DNA of 64,000 nt from Adineta vaga (lineage: Eukaryota > Animalia > Rotifera). Under the pieces are notes generated by a model. The model had not been told where the DNA came from, did not search any database, and saw only the letters and a program-made list of their open reading frames with translations. Below, piece by piece: positions 24,990-37,500 of the stretch (position 1 is its first letter; the number at the start of each line of letters is the position of its first letter). A program made the translations under genes and the position numbers. The DNA is taken from assembly GCA_021613535.1 (NCBI GenBank), contig CP075496.1, positions 6,324,001 through 6,388,000 of the forward strand, given 5' to 3'.

Positions 24990-26930
24990 ATGGTACGCCC
25001 GACCGGTGGCGTCGGGCATAAGCCAAATTTATGGCTTTTGTTCATTTTACGTTTTCGAAAATGTGTGAAATTAAGACATTTATTAATCGTATTTTTTATT
25101 CTACTTATATGCACTTATCTACGTCTGATTAATCATGCACCATCAGATGCTCGAATTCAAACGATGACAAATGGTCGAATCCTCTCTTCGAACGACGATC
25201 ATCGTCAACGTAGTATACCTGACAAATGTAGTTTTGATCAAACAGAAACTTTACTTCAATATAAACCGAGAAAAGAACTTGGAAAAAGTCAAGATGAAGA
25301 TCTTCGTCCTCATCCATCCAATAATCGTTTACATAAGCTTTTTTCTATTCTTATTTCTCACGAAGAAAAATATCGTTCAGCATTAGATTATCTTGGTGTA
25401 TTTCGTTTTACTGATTTAGTCAATACTTTAAAACCATTTGCTAATAATACTCAACGTTTACATGAAATCTATTGTCTTTTTCAACGATATATTACCATAT
25501 CCGACAATGGACATATTGATATCTCTTCCGAATTTATAACTTATTTAAAAAAAGTGTCCAGTTATTTATCCGATGGTTTTACAGGTGAACATCCAAGTTG
25601 GAAGAAACCTCTAGAAGAAAAGCCAGTTATTGTTCTTGCTGCTAATTCACGTTTTTATGATACATTACAAGCATCTCTGCGTACAGTTAATCAATATTTC
25701 AGTAACCATAGTGTTACTATCTATGACCTAGGTTTCGATCAAAATCAATTAAATATGGTAAGATATTCTCTTGATAATAAGCTTCATTTTCTTTTCAAAT
25801 ACTTCTAATACATTTGAGACACAGAACAGATAATATATTAATTTCCATTGTTGAAGAAAATAATTGCTAACTAAAGGAAGATGAATTTTTATATTGTCGC
25901 ATACTGTTCATTCAAGTTCTATGTTTAAACCTGTAGGAAATAAAAGTCAGAATAGTAAAGTGTTCAAATATTGACATTATGTTCTTGCAGTTCAGTTTAA
26001 GATAAAAGACACAAAATTTGTAAAAGAAAAGAATGAAAGGCAACATATAAATACTTGACCGAATAGAATAGACAAGAAAAAGAAAACAAGAAAAAGACTC
26101 GTGTATCACATCAATGTCTGAGTGAGTGTTCAAGTGGAAGATTGCTATATACCAATAAAACTACAAATGAAATCGTTTTAGAATTCGATAAATATGTAGT
26201 CTATTTTGTTATTGAATTTAGATCAAAGATAATTGTCAACGATGTATTATTATTCCATTTCCATTCACTGAACTCGCAACAGTCTCTCCTCATGTTCGAA
26301 ATTTACCGAATTTCGCTTGGAAACCTATTATAGTACAAGTAAGATTTTCATTTACGAATAAACATAATTTTTCTTTTGATTTCATCTTAGGATGCAGTAC
26401 GACGTTATGGAACTATTATTTACGGTGACACGTCTGTTCGTTATTTAACATCCAATTTCGATCGTATCATTATTGATAATAATATCCGAGGATTTTCTTG
26501 TCGAGAATTACCGGGACATTATTTATCTTGTTTTACCTTAGGTGGAACATTCGCATGGTTTAATGAAACATCGTCAGTATTTGATGATGTTTATATAGCT
26601 GAAGCTGGTTTTGTTGCTGTTACAGATAATTTTCTGTCGCGTTTAGTTTTAAAAACATGGGTGGCTTGTGCACTAGATCCAGAATGTATATCACCATCGA
26701 ATTCAAAAACTCGTTGTCGTCGTATGGGTGATGCAGCATCAGGCACTCATCGTTATGATCAATCAGCTATGGTTGCTGTTTTATCATTTTATTTTTTTCA
26801 AAGTTCACGTGAAAATGATAAGACTGACCCAGCACCCTACGACATGTTTTCATCTATTCAACAAAAAGTTGCTGAAGTTCGACGTTTTGAAGGTGATAAT
26901 AGTTATTTTACAGTTCGAAAAAAGACCTGA
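24990..26930 (+). CDS. Type II membrane DUF1647 / glycosyltransferase-like protein, 3 coding exons
   Basis: N-terminal TM helix, then VIVLAANSRFY...IYDLG, FAWKPII, IIYGDTSVR, WVACALDPECI and HRYDQSA. Candidate 5'UTR exons upstream (donor ~23015; exon ~23229-23311). Confidence 0.78.
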
Positions 26931-27385
26931 TAACAAATAGAACAGTTCAGCAACAAACATGAAAACTACGTAATAGGATTTATTATCGATTTACAGTGAA
27001 TAACAAATGATTGGAATATCTGTGCTCATAGAACTGTGATATATTATGTCGCAGTACAATTTTCGTATTGTTATCTTTCTTTTTTCTTTTGTTTGTTATT
27101 TGTTTTATCAATTTTTTATTTATTAAACAGAGAATGTTTGAAGAACAATTTTTCTTTTCATATATAAGTAAAATGTATGTAAAAATCAATCGATCAGAAG
27201 TAGATATGATAAAGATATAATTCTATTGATAGCTTCAGGTGGCTTTTTTATTACAAGATTTCGATGCTAGATATGATTTCTACATAGAATCATCGAATAC
27301 CCTTCATTTATACACTTTCTTTGAAAAAAGCGATATTTTGCGAAACTTTACTGCCCTCTATTTTTTTATTATTATATAACATACA

Positions 27386-27446
27386 TTGGTTAGTTGACAT
27401 TAAACTGTAATAATAGCTAGTTCTCGACCAATAATGAGCCAATCAG
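27386..27446 (+). promoter_or_regulatory. CCAAT-box cluster, candidate promoter for HBS1L and its downstream cluster
   Basis: ATTGG ~27386, CCAAT ~27428 and AGCCAATCAG ~27437-27446, about 100-160 nt upstream of the HBS1L ATG. Confidence 0.45.
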
Positions 27447-27546
27447 CTGTTTTTATACTCTATCCTTTCTTTGATTATTTCTACTGTAAAATAAAATTTC
27501 ACTATATGTAATTTAGAATTTCAACATTTTGTAGAAATCACATACG

Positions 27547-29664
27547 ATGCGTCATTCTGATTATCGTGGTCTGGAGAAAAATGCACAAGCATTTGACGAC
27601 GAATACGAAGGATTTTCGGCACGTTCGGTTGATGATCATTACAATTATCCATTTTCACCGAATAGTAGTGGCGAATTTATGACAGAAAGTACTGAAAGAC
27701 AACAACATTCATTATTGACATTTGTTCAACCAAAATCCAAGAATAAGAAAGATAAGAAAAATAAAGATACATCAACTGTGAATAAACTTGTAGAAGAACC
27801 ATCAAATATTCAAGAAAAAACACCACAAAATAGAGGACGTTTGACATCTCGTGAATATTCTGATATACAATTTGATATGGAACCAGAAGATGATCTAAGA
27901 ATACCATCAAATAAAAGTATGCTTTCCTCTTTTTGATAATGAAAATTTACATGTCAATCTTTTGGTAGTGACTCCAAGTCGTCCTACTCCGTTAGAAACA
28001 TTACCAGCTCGAATAGCAACATTAAAAATCAGTGAAAGAACTGATCGAAGTATATCACCACAAAAACAATCAAAATCTACTCTTGAATCTCCTTGTGTTA
28101 CGCCAAGACAAGGTGTTTCACCGGTTGCTGCATCACGTCGAAATGAGAATGCTTCATCATCTGTAACATCCGCATTAAAACGTCGTCCATTGCCAGTCGA
28201 TCGTACTAATACATTGCGTGATTATAATGAACGTTTAGAAGGTCGTGATTTATTGAATTTAGTTGTTGTTGGTCATGTCGATGCTGGAAAATCAACTCTA
28301 ATGGGTCATCTTCTAGTTAAATTGAAAGTAGTTGATGATCGAACAATGCATAAAAATAAAACTGAAGCAGCTCGATTAGGAAAAGAAAGTTTCTCGTATG
28401 CTTTCGTTTTGGATGAATCCGAAGAAGAAAGACAACGTGGTGTTACAATGGATATTGCTCAAGCACAATTTAAAACTCCAACAAAAATTGTCAATCTTGT
28501 CGATGCACCTGGACATAAAGGTATCATTTCAATTGTTACATACTTTTCAAATAAATTAGCTGAGATTTATAGAAAGAAATAGAACGTTAAACTTTTTTTT
28601 TTCATACAGATTTTATTCCAAATATGATTAATGGAGCTGCTCAAGCTGATGTGGCAATACTTGTTGTTGATGGTCGTCGTGGAGAATTTGAAACTGGTTT
28701 TGAATTTGGTGGGCAGACACGTGAACATGCACTTTTAGTACGATCACTTGGTGTATCACAATTAATTTGTGCTGTGAATAAAATGGATGCTATCGATTGG
28801 TCACAAGAACGATTTGATGAGATTGTTAAAAAACTTTCAGCTTTTCTCAAATCATCGGGTTATAAAGAATCTGATATTACTTTTGTACCTGTTAGTGGTT
28901 GGACAGGAGAAAATTTAATCACACCAACGAATTCACCTTTGCCATGGTATAGTAAAGATGAAAATGCGTCTAATACACTAACCAATGGTATTATTCGTGG
29001 TGCAACATTGATTGATCTAATCGATCGTCTTAAACCCCCTGAACGACCCATATCAAAACCATTTCGTCTATGTATTACAGATGTATTTCGTGCAACTGGT
29101 ATCGGTGCTGGTACGGTATCGATATCGGGTCGAGTTGAATGTGGTGGTATTGAAGTTAATGAACGTGTTTTATTACGACCATCGAATGATCAAGTCACAA
29201 TAAAATCTATTCAAATTGAAAATGCCAATGTTCCATCAGCATTTGCCGGTGATAATGTTGTATTAAATATTCAAGGTGTTGATCTGACTCATTTATTTGT
29301 TGGTAATGTTGTTTGTGATCCTGAATATCCTATACCATGTACAGCAATAGTGCACGCACGAATTATTATTTTTAATATATCAACACCAATTTTACCTGGT
29401 GCACCAGTTGTATTTCATTTTAAATCTACACAAGAACAAGGAAAAATTGGTAGATTAATCGAAGAATTAGATCGTTCAACAGGTGAACTTAAACAACGAA
29501 ATCCACGTATGTTGAGGAAAAATACAAGTGGTGTCGTGGAAATTATTTTGCATCGACAGATCTGCTGTGAATTATATTCGAATGTAAAAGAATTAGGACG
29601 ATTTATGTTAAGACAAGGTGGTTTGACCATGGCAGCAGGAATTATAACGAAAATTATTGAGTAA
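27547..29664 (+). CDS. HBS1L: HBS1-like translational GTPase, 3 exons
   Basis: GHVDAGKSTLMGHLL, GKESFSYAFVLDESEEERQRGVTMD, DAPGHK|DF, NKMD, ELGRFMLR. N-terminus MRH..YRG...SVDD...SP is typical of HBS1L. Confidence 0.95.
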
Positions 29665-29772
29665 AAGAAATCCAGAGTATATAAAAATAAATTTTGGTTC
29701 GTTTTCTTCTTGTTTGTTTTCTCTTTTGTTATTCTTCAGTTTGTTTTCTCCTTCTTATGATTATTATTTCAG

Positions 29773-30496
29773 ATGTTAATTCCATTTATTTTATTCGCAA
29801 TTGGTTCGACATTTTTAGCATTGATTTTAACGATCTTTTGGTTATTAAAAGTATCAGGACTTTTTACATCCATTCGAATAAAAATTGCTCAACCATCATT
29901 TGAATTTTTAACTGTCGTTTATAAATTTCATACAGGTGATTATTCGGTATCAGCTGATACATTTAAAGATATTCTAAATTATTCACCATCACATTCAACT
30001 ATTGGAATTTATTATGATAATATCGATAATGTAAGTAGAAAGATTTGTATGAAAGAATAAGGAATACTTCATGAATTTTTCTGTTGAAATTTAGACACCA
30101 ATTGAACAACGACGTTCGATGATTGGTGTTATTGTTGATGAAAATAAAGATAAAGAAATGATTGAACGAATGAAAAAGGATGATTATAAAGTTTTTAAAC
30201 TTCCAAAAGCTGTACAATCAGTATATACAACATTTCCATTTACCAGCGTGTTTTCTGTTTCCATTGCAAATATGCGAGTACCTTCACGTATAAAAGATTG
30301 CATTCAGGTAGATTTTTTTTCCTTGAAATAATCTTTCTTTCTTTCTATAGCAGATTTGTTGTTTTTTTAGACGAACAAACTAGATGCTCATCCATTCATT
30401 GAAGTATACGAACCGACATTGATTCATTATTTTGTACCATTGAGTAATTATGAAGATTATAATGTTCCGGAAATAAATTCTTCGACAGAACAATAA
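29773..30496 (+). CDS. TEX264: TEX264 homolog (TM + GyrI-like domain), 3 exons
   Basis: N-terminal TM, SGLF, YKFHTGDY, IGIYYDN, VYTTFPF, DAHPFIEVY, YNVPE. Confidence 0.85.
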
Positions 30497-30585
30497 ATTT
30501 AACAAACATTTGCATTTCGAGCGTTTTTTCTCGTGTTTTAGATAATAGAGAAATTCTTTTTTTTTGACACAAACTGTATATAATT

Positions 30586-32199
30586 ATGGCAAATCTTCCT
30601 TGGTTAGTAATAATATCATTGGAATGAATTGAAATGCAAACTAATCGTTGATTTAGGATTGAAAAATATCGTCCAGCGACACTTGATGAACTCGTTTCAC
30701 ATAAAGATATCATTGATACAAGTGAATAATAGTTTTTTTCTTGAAAAGTAAAATATTAATGAATATTTTCTTGAATAGTCAAACGATATATGACACTCGG
30801 TGAATTGCCACATTTACTTTTCTATGGTCCAGCAGGCACAGGTAAGTTTAGTTTCAAAGAGGCAACTTTGGTAGAGACAAGTTCGTTTTGTATTTAGGAA
30901 AAACAAGTACAATATTAGCTTTAGCAAAACAGATGTATACACCAGCAGAAATGCGTGGTTGTGTACTCGAAGTAAATGATTTATTTTTCGTGATGATCAA
31001 TTTAAAAGAAAAAGAAACGTTTTTTCACGAATAATATAGTTAAATGCATCGGATGATCGAGGTATTGGAATAGTACGTGATGAAATTCAAACATTTGTTA
31101 GTACACAAACTCTTCACAAGTATCGGAGTTTCTTATTTTCTAAATTATTTCATATCGAAATTATTCTTTCATCAAATAGGAAAAGTATTAAATTGATTAT
31201 TCTCGATGAAGCTGATGCAATGACAAATGATGCTCAAAATGCACTTCGTCGAAGTAAATTTTGTCACTCAATCATTCTGATTTGATAGTAACTACATGTA
31301 TCTATTTTCTTTCTGAATAGTTATTGAACAATATACAGCAACAGCTCGTTTCTGTTTTATTTGTAATTATCTATCAAAAATCATTCCCGCTGTACAATCA
31401 CGTTGTACACGTTTTCGATTTGGTCCATTATCAAATGAACAAATGATGCCTCGATTACAATATGTTATAGAAAAAGAAAAGTAAATCAAATATCTTTGTA
31501 GCAAAATTTCATAAAAAATAAAATGTATATTCTCTATCCAGTGTACAAATTGATCAAGAGGGAAAAAAAGCAATTCTTCAACTAGCTAATGGTGATATGC
31601 GACGTTCATTAAATATTCTTCAGGTATGATAAAGAACAACTCGTGTCAATCTAGTTGATATTTGTATAACATTTTTCAGAGTACTCATATGGCATCAGGA
31701 ACGGTGACAGAAACTTCTGTATATGAATGTGTTGGTCATCCATCAAAAACTGATGTTAAAACGATAATTGATGTTTTATTGAATGAAAATTTTACAGTTG
31801 CTTCCCAAAGTGAGCTAGCAAATTGATGATTATAGATGAACCAATAATTTGTTTTTGTAGAATTATCAGCAATGAAAACAATGAAAGGTTATGCATTAGC
31901 AGATATTCTTACTGAACTTCATCGATATGTTCATAAAAGTAATGAATAATTTAACCAACAATTGAAACAATCTATGTATTGTATTTATTTTAGTTGATTT
32001 TCCACGTGAAATTCGTATACATCTTTTGATTAAAATGGCTGATATAGAGTAAGATTAAAAAGAAAAGCAGCGTTCATTTCTCTGCTTTTGTTTTTATTTA
32101 TTCAATAGAAATCGTTTAGCCAATGGTGCCACAGAAAAACTACAACTCAGTGCACTCATATCTGCTTTTCAAAAAGCTCGTCAAGTAGAAAGTTCATAA
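30586..32199 (+). CDS. RFC5: Replication factor C subunit 5 (AAA+), ~12 short exons
   Basis: NLPW|[18 protein letters not shown]|[56 protein letters not shown]. Confidence 0.93.
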
Positions 32200-32311
32200 A
32201 AAAATGTCTTCTTCATTTTCCTGTTCAACATCTCATTTCTCTTATGTTCAAAATGATGTCAGATAGTTCTTTATATAAATAAAAATGAATTCTTATTCGA
32301 AATTTCTTCTT

Positions 32312-33181
32312 TCAAAACACAAGTATTATTTGTAATACCGATTGAACAAAGAAATAAGTCAAACAAAATCTTGTTGGACTTGAATTTGATTGATTCAAAC
32401 CAATTTTACAACGTGCATCCGTGGAATAACGTGTACAACCATCGACACCACCTGGACAATTGATACTTATTTGAGAAATGAGATAACGTTCTAGTTGTTG
32501 AAATTGATCGAGAACATCTTGTTGAGGACATTTATCAAGACGAGATTTTAAACAACGATAATAAGTTGTTGATTGTTGACACCAACTACGTCTATTTAAA
32601 GTATTCCATGACGGATTAAATTTAACATTGACCCTCAATGGTTGACATAAATCATTGATTACTTTGACTTGACATGCATCAACTGGTGCAGATAATTGAA
32701 CAGGTGATAAACCTTGGACACCATTTTTTGATGAAACACCATTACGAACAGAATCAGCCGGTTCGGGTTGTTTAGGAGTATCCCAAACGATATTAAATTT
32801 ATAATCTTCAATTTTATCACTACAGAAAGCAAGAAGTTCATCGACACGTTTTCGAATACCTAGAACAGAAACAAGATGTTCCGATATTCTCGGATTTGAA
32901 AGTTTCACAAATATCTTACCTTTCATCATTGATTCCATAGCCACTTCATATTTTTCTTTGTTCTCGCAACCTCGATATTTCTTATGAACACATTCAAAAT
33001 AAACCCGTGATGCAATGCAATATTTAGTTGGATCATTTTCTTGTGTTTCTTTATCTGGTCTTTTTCCACAAGCTCGAGCACCCATAACATCACATGCATC
33101 GATTGTTGATATTGATAATAATATAAATAAGAAGAATATGTAGAAAAATGACAAAAAATTGAGCAGATAATTGTACTTCAT
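32312..33181 (-). CDS. Secreted, probably GPI-anchored Cys-rich protein with two helical disulfide domains; one 60-nt intron (32860-32919)
   Basis: Signal peptide, two repeats of C-x8-C...C-x8-C-x7-C, and small residues plus a hydrophobic tail at the C-terminus (NSSPTRFCLTYFFVQSVLQIILVF). Confidence 0.75.
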   Translation of the reverse strand: MKYNYLLNFLSFFYIFFLFILLSISTIDACDVMGARACGKRPDKETQENDPTKYCIASRVYFECVHKKYRGCENKEKYEVAMESMMKGKIFVKLSNPRISEHLVSVLGIRKRVDELLAFCSDKIEDYKFNIVWDTPKQPEPADSVRNGVSSKNGVQGLSPVQLSAPVDACQVKVINDLCQPLRVNVKFNPSWNTLNRRSWCQQSTTYYRCLKSRLDKCPQQDVLDQFQQLERYLISQISINCPGGVDGCTRYSTDARCKIGLNQSNSSPTRFCLTYFFVQSVLQIILVF

Positions 33182-34508
33182 TTCATTTTATTAAGAGGAA
33201 AAGGAGAATATAGTCGGTGATTATATACAAAGTGTGGATGTTCACGATGTTACTAGCATGTTCGCGTATGACGAAGATTATGAGAAGCACGTTATGAACA
33301 AAATGGAAAAATCGAGAGCAAGAAAGAAAAAGTAAAAACTATTCTCGTCTTTTTTAGTGTCTTCTTTCGTTGTATCATCGATAGTGACAGAGAGAGAGAC
33401 AGTTGTTTCATGAACGAAAGAAATATCAATCAAAAATATGTGTACAAGTAATCGTCGTTGACATTTTCTTGTTAAACAAACAATAAGAGCTTTAGTCAAC
33501 GAAAATAATGAGAATGAACAAAGACTTATCTAATAATAAACTTAACATTTGAATCTTTTTTTTCACAGTGCGAAAACAAAACTATGAATTAACTATGGAA
33601 ATGGTTTAGATGCGATTATCGAACATTAAATTGACATCATATCTTTTGAAATGTAAAACATGATTTTTATTGCAATAAGATGTATTTGTCTGGCAAACAA
33701 GAAATATAGTCAAAACGATTCTGCTTCGTCACCGTGACTCACGAAAATCGACTTTTCCGCTATAATTTCGAAATGTTAATATATATTACAACATAATTCT
33801 TCATAAAATAAAAACTGGTGTAATGATCAATTTTTCCAAAACATAAAAAAATTGAATATAAAATATAAAATTTATAAACAAGTAATTCTCATTCTATTAC
33901 AACTTGTTTAGATTCTATGTAATAGTGTTCTTCTCTTCTTTAGATAAATAATGATGAGTTTAATGACTGAAACAAATCTCGTTTGAAAATATGTTTATTG
34001 ACAAACTACAGTCTTTTTTTCTTCTCTTCCTTCTAAAATCATAGACATGTAAATAGTAAATAACGGTTTTTTCCACGGAATCTCTTTTTTTTGCATAGTA
34101 AGAGTTTGTTTCGAAAATATTTCCTTTATTAAATATATAAGAACTGAATGAATGAATAGGTGCATAACAAGAATGAATGAAGTTGGAGAGAGACAGACAT
34201 ATAAGCGGAGAAATTGATTAGAACTGAAAAGAACAAATAAGAACAAACTCTTTGAGACATGTGAGCGACCTCTTTCTGTCAGTATTATTGTTTCTCTCTC
34301 TTTTTAGCAATTGGATCGTTGGAAACTGGAAAGAGTTGATTGATTGATAGATAGGTAGATAGTATATATATATGGCTATCGGTCAAAACTTTCCCATAAA
34401 ACTTATTTAGAAATAGTTTGATAACTGTTCGAAAAATATTATTTTTTAGATTACATTGTCGTTCATTTGTTCGAAAATGTTGATTGTCTACTTATATTTT
34501 CAGTAGCC

Positions 34509-37500
34509 ATGAATAATAACAACAATAATAATACGCCATTATCAAATCGAGTTTGTTCAAGATAAAGTGATCTTTTTCAATGAAAAGTATTTTCTTTGTT
34601 TGTTTTCTAGTCGGATGGTATCGATTCGGGATCGATCATTTCATCGATTTATTCATCAAATAGTGTTCCATCTGTGAATACATCAAATCGTTCATTTTCC
34701 CAACCAATGTCAACCGTAACTACGTCTGATTTTGATTCATCAGTTATCAATAATACATCTGTTCAACAAAATGATCAACGCCGACAAATTATTCATCATC
34801 TTGCACTCCTACTCCATGCACATAAATGTCTTCAACGTGAACGACAAATCGTAACTAATAATGATAATCATGAAACAACATCTCAAAGTCTTTGTAATGT
34901 ACCACATTGTATAACAATGCGTGCTGTACTTCAACATATGACAAAATGTTCGGATTTTAAAACTTGTTCTTGTAAGTTAATTTCAATTCATCATCGAACT
35001 GAATTTTATCAAATCATTGGACTTTTTTAGTTGCTCATTGTGTACAATCACGTCATATAATTCTTCATTGGAAGAATTGTGCAACGCAAAATTGTTTCAT
35101 TTGTGGTACATTAAGAAAACCTGCAACACTTCGAGTACAAAATTCATCCAGTAAATTATTTGAAATCATTTGAATCAAATCAAAATTTCTTAATAATTTT
35201 TCTTTCAGCAAAAGAATGGCAACAACAAATTCATCAAGATCATCGAAGCCATTTAGTGAAAAGGATAACTTCAGCTTTATTAAATACATTTCAACAAGAT
35301 TGTCATCCATTAGTTCCTGAACGTTTAGCTGCTGTTACAAATTATTCTCAAAAAACAGAAGCAGATGCATTTAATAATGCTACATCTCAAGAAGATTATT
35401 TTCAACGTTTAGCTGAACGAATTTATCGAATACAAAAAGATTTTGAAGATAAACAAACGTTAAAACGACAGCAAACAAACACGATGATTTCAAGTACAAC
35501 ATTAGCATCCATCGATAGATCAGCTGGTGAACAAGGTCCACCAAATCGTATTGCACCACAAACAGATTTTACACTAACACAGATCAAAACTGAACCACTC
35601 GATAGTTCTCAATCAACTGTGACAACTATGACTCTGGACAGACAAAAGATTTCAACAGATGCTATCAGTCGTTTAGCAATTCATAATAATAATAATTCAA
35701 ATATGAATACAGATATGAATGGAAATCATAATGATGTAACACGCACGAAAAGTGCAGAACTTCTCTTTAATCATGATTTAAAAAATCACGTGAGCATTGT
35801 TTTCTTGAAATTCTTTTTTATCGATCGAAATATAATTTTTAAAACTTGAGGAATAAAAATTTATTTGTTTTGTTTTGTTTTCTTTAGACACTAAAGATTG
35901 TTAAAAAAGAAGAAGAAACAATAACAACAGCAGCAGCAGCAGCAACAGGGACGTCTCTCAGTAACACTAGTGTCAAACTAACTACAGTTGAAAATATAAA
36001 AAAGGAAGCCGCATCCAAACAATTAAATCAACATCCGCCAATTGATGCATCAAGTAAATCGTTACCAAAACATTCCGCAGTGTTTTCACCTGAAGATATT
36101 CGAGAGAAAATGACACCTATTCTACGACAAATGTATGATCATGAAGATGGATTTTGGTTTCATCAACCAGTTACTGAAGCAATTGCACCGGGCTATTTTG
36201 ATTTTATAAAAAATCCAATGGATTTTTCAACAATATTCGATAAATTAGATAAACATCAATATTCAACACCATTTGAATTTTGTGAAGATATTTGGCTTGT
36301 CTTTAATAATGCATGGATATTTAATAAGAAAACTCAACGTGTTCACAAAGCTGCAGTTAAAGTAAGTTCAAACTTCAATTAATTATTTTATAAAACTCTC
36401 TTTCATATTAGCTTGCTGATATGTTTATGGAAAATGTTGATCCACTTATGAAAGAATATGGTTATTGTTGTGGACGTCAATATGTATTTTTACCACCAGC
36501 AATGTTCTGTTATGGTACTGGTGGCATGTGTTGTACAATTCCGCGTGATGGAGATTATTTTGTTTATAATAATCCTGATTCGTCACGCAATAATCTTTCA
36601 GGTGACAAATATACGTTCTGCAAGAAATGCTTTGATTCATTTAAATCGGAATATATATCAGTTGGAGATGATCCAGCACAAACATTAGTTGAATTACCTA
36701 AAGCAGAATTTCAGCAAGCAAAGAATGATCATCAAGAACAAGAACCAATGATCGATTGTATTGTATGTTCACGACGTTTTCATAATATCTGTGTTCTTTA
36801 TCATGAACATATTTGGCCTGAAGGTTATGTTTGTAAATTATGCGTACAACAATATAATATTAAAAGGAAAGAAAATCGTTATTTAGCCCATAAATTAACC
36901 ATGACTGATTTAGCTAATGTTTTGGAAAAACGTGTTAATGAGTTTCTCAAGAATGAATGCGATCCAAATATAGGACGTGTAACTATACGAGTTTTGGCAG
37001 CAAGTGATCGAATATGTGAAGTCAAGCCAAGATTGAAAAATCATTTCGGCTCACAAATACCTGATGGATATCCATACAGAACAAAAGCAATATTTGCATT
37101 TCAAGAAATTGATGGAATTGATGTCGTTCTATTTGGTATGCATGTACAAGAATATGATAGTAGATGTCCTGCACCAAATACAAGGTAAATAGGAAATGTT
37201 TTGTTTTTGTAAAATAATAGAAGATGAGGGATTTTGCGTAACAAGATATTGATTATTGCTTATTATTTTTTTATCATACACATAATTATTCGAGACATCA
37301 TTCTTTCTATTTAGACGTGTATATATTTCATATCTTGATTCTGTACATTACTTTCGACCGAAACAGAAACGAACAACACTCTACTATGAAATTCTCCTTG
37401 GTTATCTTGAATATGTTAAACAATTAGGATTTATTTATGCACATATTTGGGCATGTCCACCAAGTGAAGGTGATGATTATATATTTTATTGTCATCCACC

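Noticed and set aside
23060-25021. Several 60-124 aa Phe/Ile/Lys-rich ORFs
   Set aside because: Low-complexity products of T-rich or A-rich non-coding DNA with no motifs.
28641-29630. Antisense ORFs over HBS1L, and similar ones over MFS, CBP and NBEA
   Set aside because: Shadow ORFs arising from codon bias on the coding strand.
33728-33743. Palindromic CGTGACTCACG containing an AP-1 site
   Set aside because: A single short motif that cannot be assigned to a gene or separated from chance.
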